DNA of 64,000 nucleotides from NCBI GenBank assembly GCA_945888995.1, contig CAMDBA010000002.1, positions 73,690-137,689 on the forward strand. Direction: 5' to 3'. How positions within the stretch are numbered: position 1 is the stretch's first letter; each line of letters begins with the position of its first letter. The notes under the pieces are model-generated. The model was not told the origin of the DNA, made no database searches, and saw nothing but the letters and a program-made list of their open reading frames with translations. The DNA comes from a bacterium UBP8_UBA817. Lineage in GTDB: Bacteria; Margulisbacteria; Marinamargulisbacteria; CAMDBA01. This document shows positions 9,755 through 17,967 of the stretch, piece after piece. The position numbers were made by a program, and so were the translations under genes.

Positions 9755-10675
9755 ATGAATGTAATTAACTCAAGACAAGATTCTTCTCCGGATTTCTCAG
9801 ATTTTTTAAGCAGGCGGTTTCTATCTCAAGGGAATGGTGCCCAACCGACAACACCTTTAGTGGCGATGGCGGAAAAAATCGCAGCCCTGGAATCAGAATT
9901 GGCGGGCTATAAAAAAATGAAAGACGATGTCGTGAAGCAGTTAATCGAAATCCGTGAGAATAACCATGACATGAAAAATTATATGACACCTTTAAAGATT
10001 TTCCTGCAAATGGTATCAAAGGAAATTACAGACACTAAACTTCTTAAATTTATTGAGTCTCTTCGCTACGATACGCTGCCCAAAATAGAAGAAGTATATT
10101 TGAGTGTAGATAACAATGCGGCTGAGTTGGGCCAGACATCTAAAGTTTATACGAGGGTTTTAAATTTATCGGAAGAGTTAACACGGTTTTTAGAACATAT
10201 CGCCATTCAAAATCCAGGGATCACGATTGCCTCAGATATTCATTATACCGGGTTTATTCGAACCAGCACCCGGATTTTTTTTGATAAAGTATTGAAAAAT
10301 TGCATCATTAATTCCGTTCAGGCAATCCGTGAAAAACATATTGCGAACGGCAATGTCATAGTGGAATTACATGATGTGACGAGCTATCGGAATCGCTATA
10401 ACGATAAAGTTTGTTTCGATCAATTCGAAGAGTCCGATATTATGATCGTTTGCAGGGATAACGCTGGAGGTCTTCCTCAGCAACTGGAGCACCGATTTTT
10501 TGATATGGGATTTACGTATAATAAGCCGAGTGGGACAGGTGTGGGCACCGCTTCGGTCCGAACCTCGGTAGAGGAAAAGCTATTTGGCAAAATCGCACTT
10601 GAAAATAAAGAAGGTGCGGGCTTAGCCATTCATATGAAATTTTCAGGATCATTAGAAGATAAGAGCGCGTCATAA
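9755..10675 (+). CDS. soluble sensor histidine kinase (HisKA + HATPase_c)
   Basis: ORF begins with GTG at 9749; ATG at 9755 preceded by AAGGTGGGGTGGG RBS; coiled-coil N-terminus; H-box HDMKNYMTPL, N-box NCIINSVQAI, G1 DNAGGLP, F-box FFDMGFT, G2 GTGVGT. Confidence 0.75.
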   Translation: MNVINSRQDSSPDFSDFLSRRFLSQGNGAQPTTPLVAMAEKIAALESELAGYKKMKDDVVKQLIEIRENNHDMKNYMTPLKIFLQMVSKEITDTKLLKFIESLRYDTLPKIEEVYLSVDNNAAELGQTSKVYTRVLNLSEELTRFLEHIAIQNPGITIASDIHYTGFIRTSTRIFFDKVLKNCIINSVQAIREKHIANGNVIVELHDVTSYRNRYNDKVCFDQFEESDIMIVCRDNAGGLPQQLEHRFFDMGFTYNKPSGTGVGTASVRTSVEEKLFGKIALENKEGAGLAIHMKFSGSLEDKSAS

Positions 10676-10687
10676 AGGAGAATCGGT

Positions 10688-11923
10688 ATGTCTGTTGAAA
10701 CGATTGTGGTCATTGAAGAGGGCACGGCTATTGCGGATATGTTAGAAAAGGAACTGATGAAACCGCATCAGATTTTAACTTTTTTGGAAGCGAATGAGGC
10801 AACTTACCAAGCCATACAGGCCCGATATGATGATTTAAAAGAGTATGTGGCGCTTATCATAGTCCAGGAGACGGAATTGTTGGACGGAATCGCGGTTTTT
10901 CGTCAACTCTCTCAGAGATTGTATTTCCCGAATGTACTGATTGTGACTAATGACCGGGATCTGGAACGCAGTATCGTTGCTATGAAGGAAGGCTGTGTTG
11001 ATTACCTTATTGCACCTGGCATGGAGACACTCAAGGCTCATGTTGAAGATATCTGTAAAAAATCGATTCATAAGATATCGGATCACTATGACAAATTCGA
11101 AGTCCAAAACGAACTCGTATACAAACGAACTCTAACGCGTGAAGTAGAGCTTAAAACCTATATCGATGAAAACCGTGTGTTGACCCAGGAAGAACGCAGC
11201 GCTATTCGGTATGCCAGTGGTCCGGAAGTCGGCAAGACCTGGGAATCCGTTATTGATGACATCGAATTATCTTCAACCCGAAAACCGCATGTCCTAATTG
11301 TTGACGACGAAGAAATGCAGAGGGAAAGTCTGGCAGAATATTTATGCGATGACTATGAAACGGTAATGGTGGGCAGCTCAGAAGCCGCACTGGCCTATAT
11401 GGCGGAGCATCCGATTGATGTGGCGCTATTGGATATTCGGATGGAAGGAATGCCCGGAGACGAATTGCTTAGGCAGATCCGGCAGATTTCACCGTTGATA
11501 TCGGTTATTATGGTGACGGCTTATCCTGATACCGCTACGGCCGTTCAAACATTGGGAGATGGCGCGGTTGAATTTCTCAATAAGCAATCCTACACGGAAG
11601 AGGCTTTATTGGCGGCGGTGAAACGTGCTGCTGAAATGAAATATTATCGGGATCATTATATTTGTCAGGATTTGCTGTTCGAACGCCGGCTGAAATTGTG
11701 GAAAAAATATTACATGGGAGGGTGTCATAAAGCGCAGATCCTACTCAGGGATTTTTATGTGTTTTTTCCTGAATTTTGGGTTGAATCTGTTGATGAGCAA
11801 CTTCCGATAAAGCCGGATTATGTTTTAGGTGACTTGGATGAATTCGTTGAAAAGATGAGAACGGTTTATGAAAAAGAAGAAGCCAGAGTAGAAGAAAAAG
11901 TGATGCAGGAGAATGCCCTTTAA
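10688..11923 (+). CDS. response regulator with degenerate N-terminal receiver, canonical receiver and uncharacterised C-terminal domain
   Basis: 411 aa; starts 13 nt after the kinase stop; second domain has DD (LIVDDEE), phospho-Asp (ALLDIRM), Thr (MVTAY), Lys (FLNKQ); first REC-like domain lacks the phospho-acceptor Asp and the conserved Lys; last ~95 aa have no recognisable HTH. Confidence 0.7.
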   Translation: MSVETIVVIEEGTAIADMLEKELMKPHQILTFLEANEATYQAIQARYDDLKEYVALIIVQETELLDGIAVFRQLSQRLYFPNVLIVTNDRDLERSIVAMKEGCVDYLIAPGMETLKAHVEDICKKSIHKISDHYDKFEVQNELVYKRTLTREVELKTYIDENRVLTQEERSAIRYASGPEVGKTWESVIDDIELSSTRKPHVLIVDDEEMQRESLAEYLCDDYETVMVGSSEAALAYMAEHPIDVALLDIRMEGMPGDELLRQIRQISPLISVIMVTAYPDTATAVQTLGDGAVEFLNKQSYTEEALLAAVKRAAEMKYYRDHYICQDLLFERRLKLWKKYYMGGCHKAQILLRDFYVFFPEFWVESVDEQLPIKPDYVLGDLDEFVEKMRTVYEKEEARVEEKVMQENAL

Positions 11924-12063
11924 ATAATCGGTTTTTTTTATATCATAGGGCATCCGTATTTACGACGTACCCCGTTTTTTGCAGTAGCATAATAAAATAT
12001 GAAATATTCTCCTCTCCGATACGATACTTACTGATGCGGATAGGATGGTAGGACTAATACCTT

Positions 12064-15000
12064 ATGGATGCGCAATACCATATTACTGAAATATTATTTG
12101 AAAATAATCAGGTCAGCCTATGTAGAGGGATAATGTCGGGTGCTCCTTGCTTAATTAAGCGGCTTAAACCGCTGGAAGATTCCCGCAGAGAAGTGTCTCA
12201 GCTTGCGTACGAATACCGAATTTCTAAGTCGTTTGAATCGGACTACTGCTTGGATCCTGTTACAGTAGAGATGTTCGATCACACACCGGCCATTGTTTAT
12301 TCCTATCATGAAGCGGATTTATTAAGTTGTTTAATGGATAAGCGGATATTTTCCGTGTCTGAAGTGCTGAGCCTCGGAATAGAAATCCTGAAAGCACTCA
12401 CGGAAATTCACGGAAATTTTGTAACGCACCGTCTGCTCAGCCCTCATTCGATCTTTTGGAATGGGAATACCAAAAAAGTAAAGATAATTAATTTCGGATC
12501 TGCGGTTTCGTTTTTACAGGATTCGATTTCGTATAAAGCTGCATTATTGGCCGATGATCGGGATCGAGCTTATATCGCGCCTGAATGTTTAAAAGAAGGG
12601 TCGTCCTATGACTTTCGTGCTGACTTTTTTTCGCTGGGAATTCTTTTGTATGAATTATTTTTAGGGCATCCGCCGGATTATCATAGCGCTATGTCGTCTT
12701 TATATGACAGCAAGCCCACCATCCCCCGTGCCATATCGGACATCGTTCAAAAGTTATGCTCATTTAATATCCAGGATCGGTATAAAAGTGCGCAAGGCGC
12801 TTTATATGATTTGGAAAAATGTGCGGAATTGCTTCAACCGACCGGTTCTATTGCCTATTTTTACCCGGGGCAGGAAGATGTGCCGACGTTTCTAATGTTT
12901 CCGGAAAATGTATACGGACGCGAAGCGGAAGATAAATTCTTAAGTTTGATCATTAAATCTATTTGTTATGGGCAGCCGAAATGTTGTCTGGTATCAGGGT
13001 ATTCGGGGATCGGAAAAACGACGCTGATTATGCAGGCTTTGCAATCGGAAACCCTCCAATATTGCCATGCCTTGAAAGGAAAGGGCGAACAAACTGGAGA
13101 GCGTCGGCCATATGGGTTATTCAGACGTGCGTTTACTGAATTTGTATTTAAAATTTTACAAGCGGGTCAAACCTCCGTGTCCTATTGGCGAGATCATATC
13201 CTAAAAGCAGTCGGGGAACTTAATGGCCAGGTAATTGTGAATGTCATACCCGAGTTTGAATTTATTCTCGGATCACAGCCTGCTTTATATACCATCACCT
13301 CTCAAGAGGCTCAAAACCGTCTGGAGGAAACCTTTTGCTGTTTATTTCATGCGCTTTCAAATGTAGAGCATCCATGTCTTTTTTTTGCGGATGATTTGCA
13401 TTGGGCGGATGAAGAGTCGTTACGCCTGTTAAGCGTGATCGTTAATCAAAGAATGCCCTATTTTGGCCTGATCGGCACCTATCGAAGTAATGAAATTTCG
13501 ATGGATAACCCTCTTAATACTTGGCAAGATAACAGTCTGATTCCGATTGAGACGATCGTCCTGCTACCTCTGCATTTACATGATGTTAAATGCTATATGG
13601 AAGAATTATTAAATTGCACTTCCGATCAGATCGATGTCTTTTCATTTATGGTGTACGAAAAGACAAAAGGAAATCCGTTTTTTATGAAGCAGTTTTTGCG
13701 ATCGCTATATGATCAGAAGCTGCTTTATTTTGATATCAAAACCCAGAGCTGGTTATGGGACCAATCCGCGATCAGTAAAATTACCGTATCGGAAAATGTG
13801 GCCGATATGCTAGAAGAACAGCTCAATTATCTTTCTGAACCAACCAAGTCGCTGCTTATGATGGCCGCTTGCTTAGGTACAATGTTTGATATCAAAACTT
13901 TAAGTAATATTTGCTACCGTCCTTTTATTCAATTATCGTCTGAAATATGGGAAGCCTGTCAGAAAGGCCTTCTTATTCCGCTCAACGACATTGATATTTT
14001 AGATATCGATATTCACCATGTCGATACGACAAAGTGGTATCGCTTTGCCCACGATAAGATACAAGGAGTGGCCTACTCGCTTATTCCAGCGGATGAAAAG
14101 CCGGAACTTCACCTTAAAATTGGCCGGAATTTGAAAAAATTCTATGTTGAAAATCAATCGGACGAATGCCTGTTTGCAGCCGTTTATAACCTAAATTTAG
14201 CGACCCATCTTATACCGGATGATCGGGAGAAATATGAGCTGGCCCGTCTTAATTTCATGGCCGGCGAAAAATCAAAAGAAGAGTTAGGATTTAAATCAGC
14301 CAAAGATTATTTTTTGACTGCCACGGGTCTTTTAAGGGCAACATATTGGAATACGGAGTTTGAATTCTTAATGTCGGTATGGCTTAATTATGCGGAGACA
14401 TTAGCAGTGTGTAATGATTTTAAAGGGGCCGAGCGCACTTACCGAAAACTACTCGACTATGCCAAAGAGCCTCTCGATAAAGTGCGAATATATATCAAAA
14501 TGGTAGTGCTCTATACGGCGTCTATCCAATATCCTCTGGCCATTGAAAGCGGATTAGACGGCTTGGCGTTACTGGGTTTGACGGTTCCCAAATATTGCAG
14601 GAAATGGCTTTTAATTGTCGAAGTATTAAAGTTTCAGATTTATCATAGGCGAACCGATGTTCATGAATTGATTCACCGGCCGATTTTTAAAGATAAGTCT
14701 TCGATCTTATTAATCGATATGATGAATGCGCTAGCGGTTCCGATATATTTTAGCAATCAAATCCTGGGCCAAATATTATTGTTACGGGTATTGAATTATT
14801 CATTGCGCCGGAATTGCGTCACAACGGCGTCATTTTTGTATCTTGCGGTAGGTATCGTGATCAATCATATTTTGCAGAAACCTTGGTGGGGCTATCAATT
14901 TGCAAATTTAGCGATTGATCTTAACGAAAAATATCATTTGGTCCAACAAAAATGCAAAACTCTTGAATTATTAGGCACGTTTTTTATGCATTGGGTAAAG

Positions 15001-15864
15001 CCTGCGTACGAAGCCTTGGAGGTTTTGGAACGTGCTTATTCAGCAGGTCTTGAAACGGGCGACTATTATTTTGCAGGTCTTGCTGCGTCTAATTTAATGG
15101 GAATCTCAATGATTTGCGGGATTCATCTGGAAACCATTTTAAAGATGGGCCACCGCGCGGATGAGGTGTTTGTGAAACAATCCTTGTCGGATGTGACTCG
15201 CAAGGTAGATTTACAAAAAGATCTGATTGAAGCCTTGATGACGAGTCAGGAAAAAACACTCGCGATTTTTTGTAATGGATATATTTTAAACGTAATAAAC
15301 CGCACAGGGAATCAAACCGCGATGGCGTATTATTATTCACTTAAACAAATGATCTTTTATCTTTTTGATCATCCCGATGCTCTCGAAGCGGTGGATCATT
15401 CCCAGGAATATCATATTTATTCCGCAGGCTTATACTATTACCCTGAGCATCGTTTCTTTCAAACACTTATTTTAATTCGGCATTACCGAAAGGCCACATG
15501 GTTTAAGAAAGTCCAGTTTCTTAAAATTATTCGGCGTAATATCGCTCAGCTTCAACGGTGGGCAAAGCATTCACCTATTAATTTTCGGCATAAAGGGCTA
15601 ATTTTGCAGGCTGAATTAATGAGGCTCCAAGACAAAAAAACAGAAGCTGAAGGATTTTATAAGCAAGCATTATCCGACTTTACTGGGGATTACTTTGCGC
15701 ATAATAAAGCCATTGCCTCAGAATGCTATGGCCAGTTTTGTCTGGAAAATGGAAAGCTAGAGCAAGCTTCCCTATATATTAAGCAATCCAGATGTCTCTA
15801 TTATCTCTGGGGTGCCACTGCCAAAGTCGAAGAAATGGACAAACGGTACCCCGGTTTTTTATAA
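12064..15864 (+). CDS. STAND-type NTPase with N-terminal Ser/Thr pseudokinase domain, AAA_16 ATPase and C-terminal TPR-like repeats (PknK/MalT-like architecture)
   Basis: 1266 aa; kinase fold present (VAIK-like CLIKRL, APE, DFFSLG subdomain IX) but HRD->HRL and DFG->NFG, Gly-loop degenerate; Walker A GYSGIGKTT, Walker B LFFADDLHWADEES; long helical/TPR-like C-terminal half. Confidence 0.7.
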   Translation: MDAQYHITEILFENNQVSLCRGIMSGAPCLIKRLKPLEDSRREVSQLAYEYRISKSFESDYCLDPVTVEMFDHTPAIVYSYHEADLLSCLMDKRIFSVSEVLSLGIEILKALTEIHGNFVTHRLLSPHSIFWNGNTKKVKIINFGSAVSFLQDSISYKAALLADDRDRAYIAPECLKEGSSYDFRADFFSLGILLYELFLGHPPDYHSAMSSLYDSKPTIPRAISDIVQKLCSFNIQDRYKSAQGALYDLEKCAELLQPTGSIAYFYPGQEDVPTFLMFPENVYGREAEDKFLSLIIKSICYGQPKCCLVSGYSGIGKTTLIMQALQSETLQYCHALKGKGEQTGERRPYGLFRRAFTEFVFKILQAGQTSVSYWRDHILKAVGELNGQVIVNVIPEFEFILGSQPALYTITSQEAQNRLEETFCCLFHALSNVEHPCLFFADDLHWADEESLRLLSVIVNQRMPYFGLIGTYRSNEISMDNPLNTWQDNSLIPIETIVLLPLHLHDVKCYMEELLNCTSDQIDVFSFMVYEKTKGNPFFMKQFLRSLYDQKLLYFDIKTQSWLWDQSAISKITVSENVADMLEEQLNYLSEPTKSLLMMAACLGTMFDIKTLSNICYRPFIQLSSEIWEACQKGLLIPLNDIDILDIDIHHVDTTKWYRFAHDKIQGVAYSLIPADEKPELHLKIGRNLKKFYVENQSDECLFAAVYNLNLATHLIPDDREKYELARLNFMAGEKSKEELGFKSAKDYFLTATGLLRATYWNTEFEFLMSVWLNYAETLAVCNDFKGAERTYRKLLDYAKEPLDKVRIYIKMVVLYTASIQYPLAIESGLDGLALLGLTVPKYCRKWLLIVEVLKFQIYHRRTDVHELIHRPIFKDKSSILLIDMMNALAVPIYFSNQILGQILLLRVLNYSLRRNCVTTASFLYLAVGIVINHILQKPWWGYQFANLAIDLNEKYHLVQQKCKTLELLGTFFMHWVKPAYEALEVLERAYSAGLETGDYYFAGLAASNLMGISMICGIHLETILKMGHRADEVFVKQSLSDVTRKVDLQKDLIEALMTSQEKTLAIFCNGYILNVINRTGNQTAMAYYYSLKQMIFYLFDHPDALEAVDHSQEYHIYSAGLYYYPEHRFFQTLILIRHYRKATWFKKVQFLKIIRRNIAQLQRWAKHSPINFRHKGLILQAELMRLQDKKTEAEGFYKQALSDFTGDYFAHNKAIASECYGQFCLENGKLEQASLYIKQSRCLYYLWGATAKVEEMDKRYPGFL

Positions 15865-15872
15865 GAATTAGT

Positions 15873-16589
15873 CTAGGAATGTTCGCCGGTTAAGACGAGT
15901 TCCGAAACGTGTGTTGAAACTTCTTTATTAGAATCCAATGTTAAAACCGTGTAGCGGTTAGACCAGACCGACCCTGTGATTTGAGCTGAAATATTAGGGA
16001 ATTGGTTTCTCAGGAAGCTGGATGAAAGCGATTTTAAACCCTTTGTAAATTCATGGACACTTGATTTAGGATCGATGTCCAGAACCATTGTAATTTCAGT
16101 ACCACTGACTTGCAGGTGATAAAGGGCATAAGTTAATTCTGAAATCGTTTCTTCAATTAATTTTTGAAGCGCATCTCTGACCGGCTCATCTGCCAAGATC
16201 GATTTTTCTGATTTTGTTTTCCAAGAGATTAAGTAGGTGCATTTATAAACGACTTCGTCTTTTTCATAAACGCCTGCAGGAACTGCGAATGAACTTGCCT
16301 GGAAGGTAGGTGTTCCGTTTTCCTGATGCAGCGCGTCATAGAAAATAAGATCCGGTTTGATACGCCCGAAAAACGCGGCTGCAATAAATTGCTTTTTTTC
16401 ATCTTCGGTCAGGCTGAGCGTTTCAGCGAGTTTTTGACAAATTGGAAAAGTAGGCGGGGTATAGCCTAATTCGAGTTTTCGGATATAACCGTCAGATTTT
16501 TGTATAGCTTCGGCTAAGTCAACTTTATACAAATCTCTATCTAATCTAAATTTTCTTAGCAAATCGGCAAATGGAGGTGGCTTTATCAT
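15873..16589 (-). CDS. XRE-family helix-turn-helix protein fused to uncharacterised C-terminal domain
   Basis: ORF extends to 16670, but AAAGGAAA RBS precedes the ATG at 16589 (MIKPPPFADLLRKFRLDRDLYKVDLAEAIQKSDGYIRKLELG = HTH_3/Cro-C1 type); ~170-aa C-terminal region with no recognisable motifs. Confidence 0.6.
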   Translation of the reverse strand: MIKPPPFADLLRKFRLDRDLYKVDLAEAIQKSDGYIRKLELGYTPPTFPICQKLAETLSLTEDEKKQFIAAAFFGRIKPDLIFYDALHQENGTPTFQASSFAVPAGVYEKDEVVYKCTYLISWKTKSEKSILADEPVRDALQKLIEETISELTYALYHLQVSGTEITMVLDIDPKSSVHEFTKGLKSLSSSFLRNQFPNISAQITGSVWSNRYTVLTLDSNKEVSTHVSELVLTGEHS

Positions 16590-16706
16590 AATAATTTCCT
16601 TTTCATTAACGGGGTCTTTGATATTACTACTTCGACTCATGCCAGCACGACAGTAAATATTTACTACCATTTTTGGTATGGTTTTTCAACTAGGAAAAAT
16701 AAACGC

Positions 16707-16735
16707 TTGACAAAACCCTCTCGGTTCGGTACTAA
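16707..16735 (+). promoter_or_regulatory. sigma70-like promoter (TTGACA-17nt-TACTAA)
   Basis: TTGACA at 16707-16712, 17-nt spacer, TACTAA at 16730-16735; lies in the divergent intergenic region upstream of small ORF 16740..16931. Confidence 0.35.
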
Positions 16736-16739
16736 TTAA

Positions 16740-16931
16740 ATGCACTATATTTCAGAAGTGGAGGATGGCAGAGTGGGTAGGAAAAAAATGAAAAAAGAAG
16801 ATCTCATTTTACGGGAGCTCATAAAAAAGTTATTGGTTGAGCATATCCGGGGCCGGGAAAAAGGCGTTTCCGACATTTCTTTTAGGATGCCGACGGAGCT
16901 ACATTACTGTCGGGTAGGTGCTCGCGGATAA
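16740..16931 (+). CDS. small hypothetical protein (47-63 aa, Lys/Arg-rich)
   Basis: ORF behind the consensus promoter; internal ATG (MKKEDLILRELIKKLL...) has a GGTAGGA RBS-like sequence ~7 nt upstream; no recognisable family; ends 1 nt before the convergent FAD-oxidoreductase stop. Confidence 0.25.
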   Translation: MHYISEVEDGRVGRKKMKKEDLILRELIKKLLVEHIRGREKGVSDISFRMPTELHYCRVGARG

Positions 16932-16932
16932 T

Positions 16933-17967
16933 TTATAGGATAAACCGGTTTAGGTTGACGTCCTTGTCAATGGGGTGGGAGCAAAGTAAGTGCTGGCATA
17001 GTTGACGGGCATAGTAGGGCGCTACCATAAATCCTTTGGATCCAAATCCGTTTAATACGCCGATTTTGGGCCGATGTTTATGGAAGCCTACAATCGGATG
17101 GTTATCCCGGCTGATGGGTCTAACGCCGGCTTCTTGAACAAGAAGAGTCGACGGTGGAATCCATTCATCTAAAGAAGCATGTAGTTTTTCATAGCCAGTT
17201 CGACTCGGGGCCCAGTCGGCTGTATCCCAGTCATAAGTTGAACCGTATTTGAAAGCGCCGTCCCCAATCGGCAATAAAATATGGTCTCGGCAGAAAATAT
17301 GGGTTTGAGGCAACGTTGTATTTTTGATGGTCCAGACTTCTCCTTTTGCATGTCGAAACCGGATGTTATCGAAGAATGGATTATGAATGATTTGAGAACC
17401 TTCGCAAAAAATCACGCGCCGTGCCCGGATATCTCTCCATTCGATGTGATCGGTTTCTTCTCTGAAGTCTGAGAATGAAAATTGATCGGAAATAAGGAGG
17501 TGCCGGTTTGAAAAATAATCAGTAAATGCGGTTAAAAGCGATTCCGATAGAATGCTGAAACTGGATGTGGTTTCAATGCCTTCTAAAGGTAAACGGAATC
17601 CGGGCATTATGCCGGTCGATCCAACAATGTAACGGTGAAAATCCGGGTCATCGCGACGCTTGGGCCATAGCGCTTCAGTGATAGGGTCCCGAATAAACCG
17701 GATAACGTTTTTACGGGTGATCAGCCGACGACAAAAAACCGTTTCGAGGCTTTCGTAGAATTGTTTTGCGAAGGGGATCAGCAGCTCTGCTTTCCAGGAC
17801 AGAGTCAAGCGTTTTCCCGATAAAGGATCAACAATGCCACCGGCTATTTTGGACGAAGAAAATCGGTGCCGATTGTCAATAATGGCGAATTTAGCGGATG
17901 TCTGGGAAAGGTAATACCCTAACGTAGAGCCCGCTAGTCCTTGCCCGACAATCAAGACATCAAGCAT
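16933..17967 (-). CDS. FAD-dependent oxidoreductase (DAO/ThiO-like family)
   Basis: 344 aa; N-terminal dinucleotide fold VLIVGQGLAGS; C-terminal RPISRDNHPIVG and GFGSKGFMVAP motifs typical of the DAO family. Confidence 0.6.
   Translation of the reverse strand: MLDVLIVGQGLAGSTLGYYLSQTSAKFAIIDNRHRFSSSKIAGGIVDPLSGKRLTLSWKAELLIPFAKQFYESLETVFCRRLITRKNVIRFIRDPITEALWPKRRDDPDFHRYIVGSTGIMPGFRLPLEGIETTSSFSILSESLLTAFTDYFSNRHLLISDQFSFSDFREETDHIEWRDIRARRVIFCEGSQIIHNPFFDNIRFRHAKGEVWTIKNTTLPQTHIFCRDHILLPIGDGAFKYGSTYDWDTADWAPSRTGYEKLHASLDEWIPPSTLLVQEAGVRPISRDNHPIVGFHKHRPKIGVLNGFGSKGFMVAPYYARQLCQHLLCSHPIDKDVNLNRFIL

Noticed and set aside
11924-12063. Terminator or promoter between the response regulator and the STAND gene
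   Set aside because: There is a T8 run at 11931-11938, but the only complementary arms (ATGCCCT/AGGGCAT) flank a 28-nt loop. The TTGCAG/TAATAA hexamers have non-functional spacing. No confident call is possible, and the genes may be co-transcribed.
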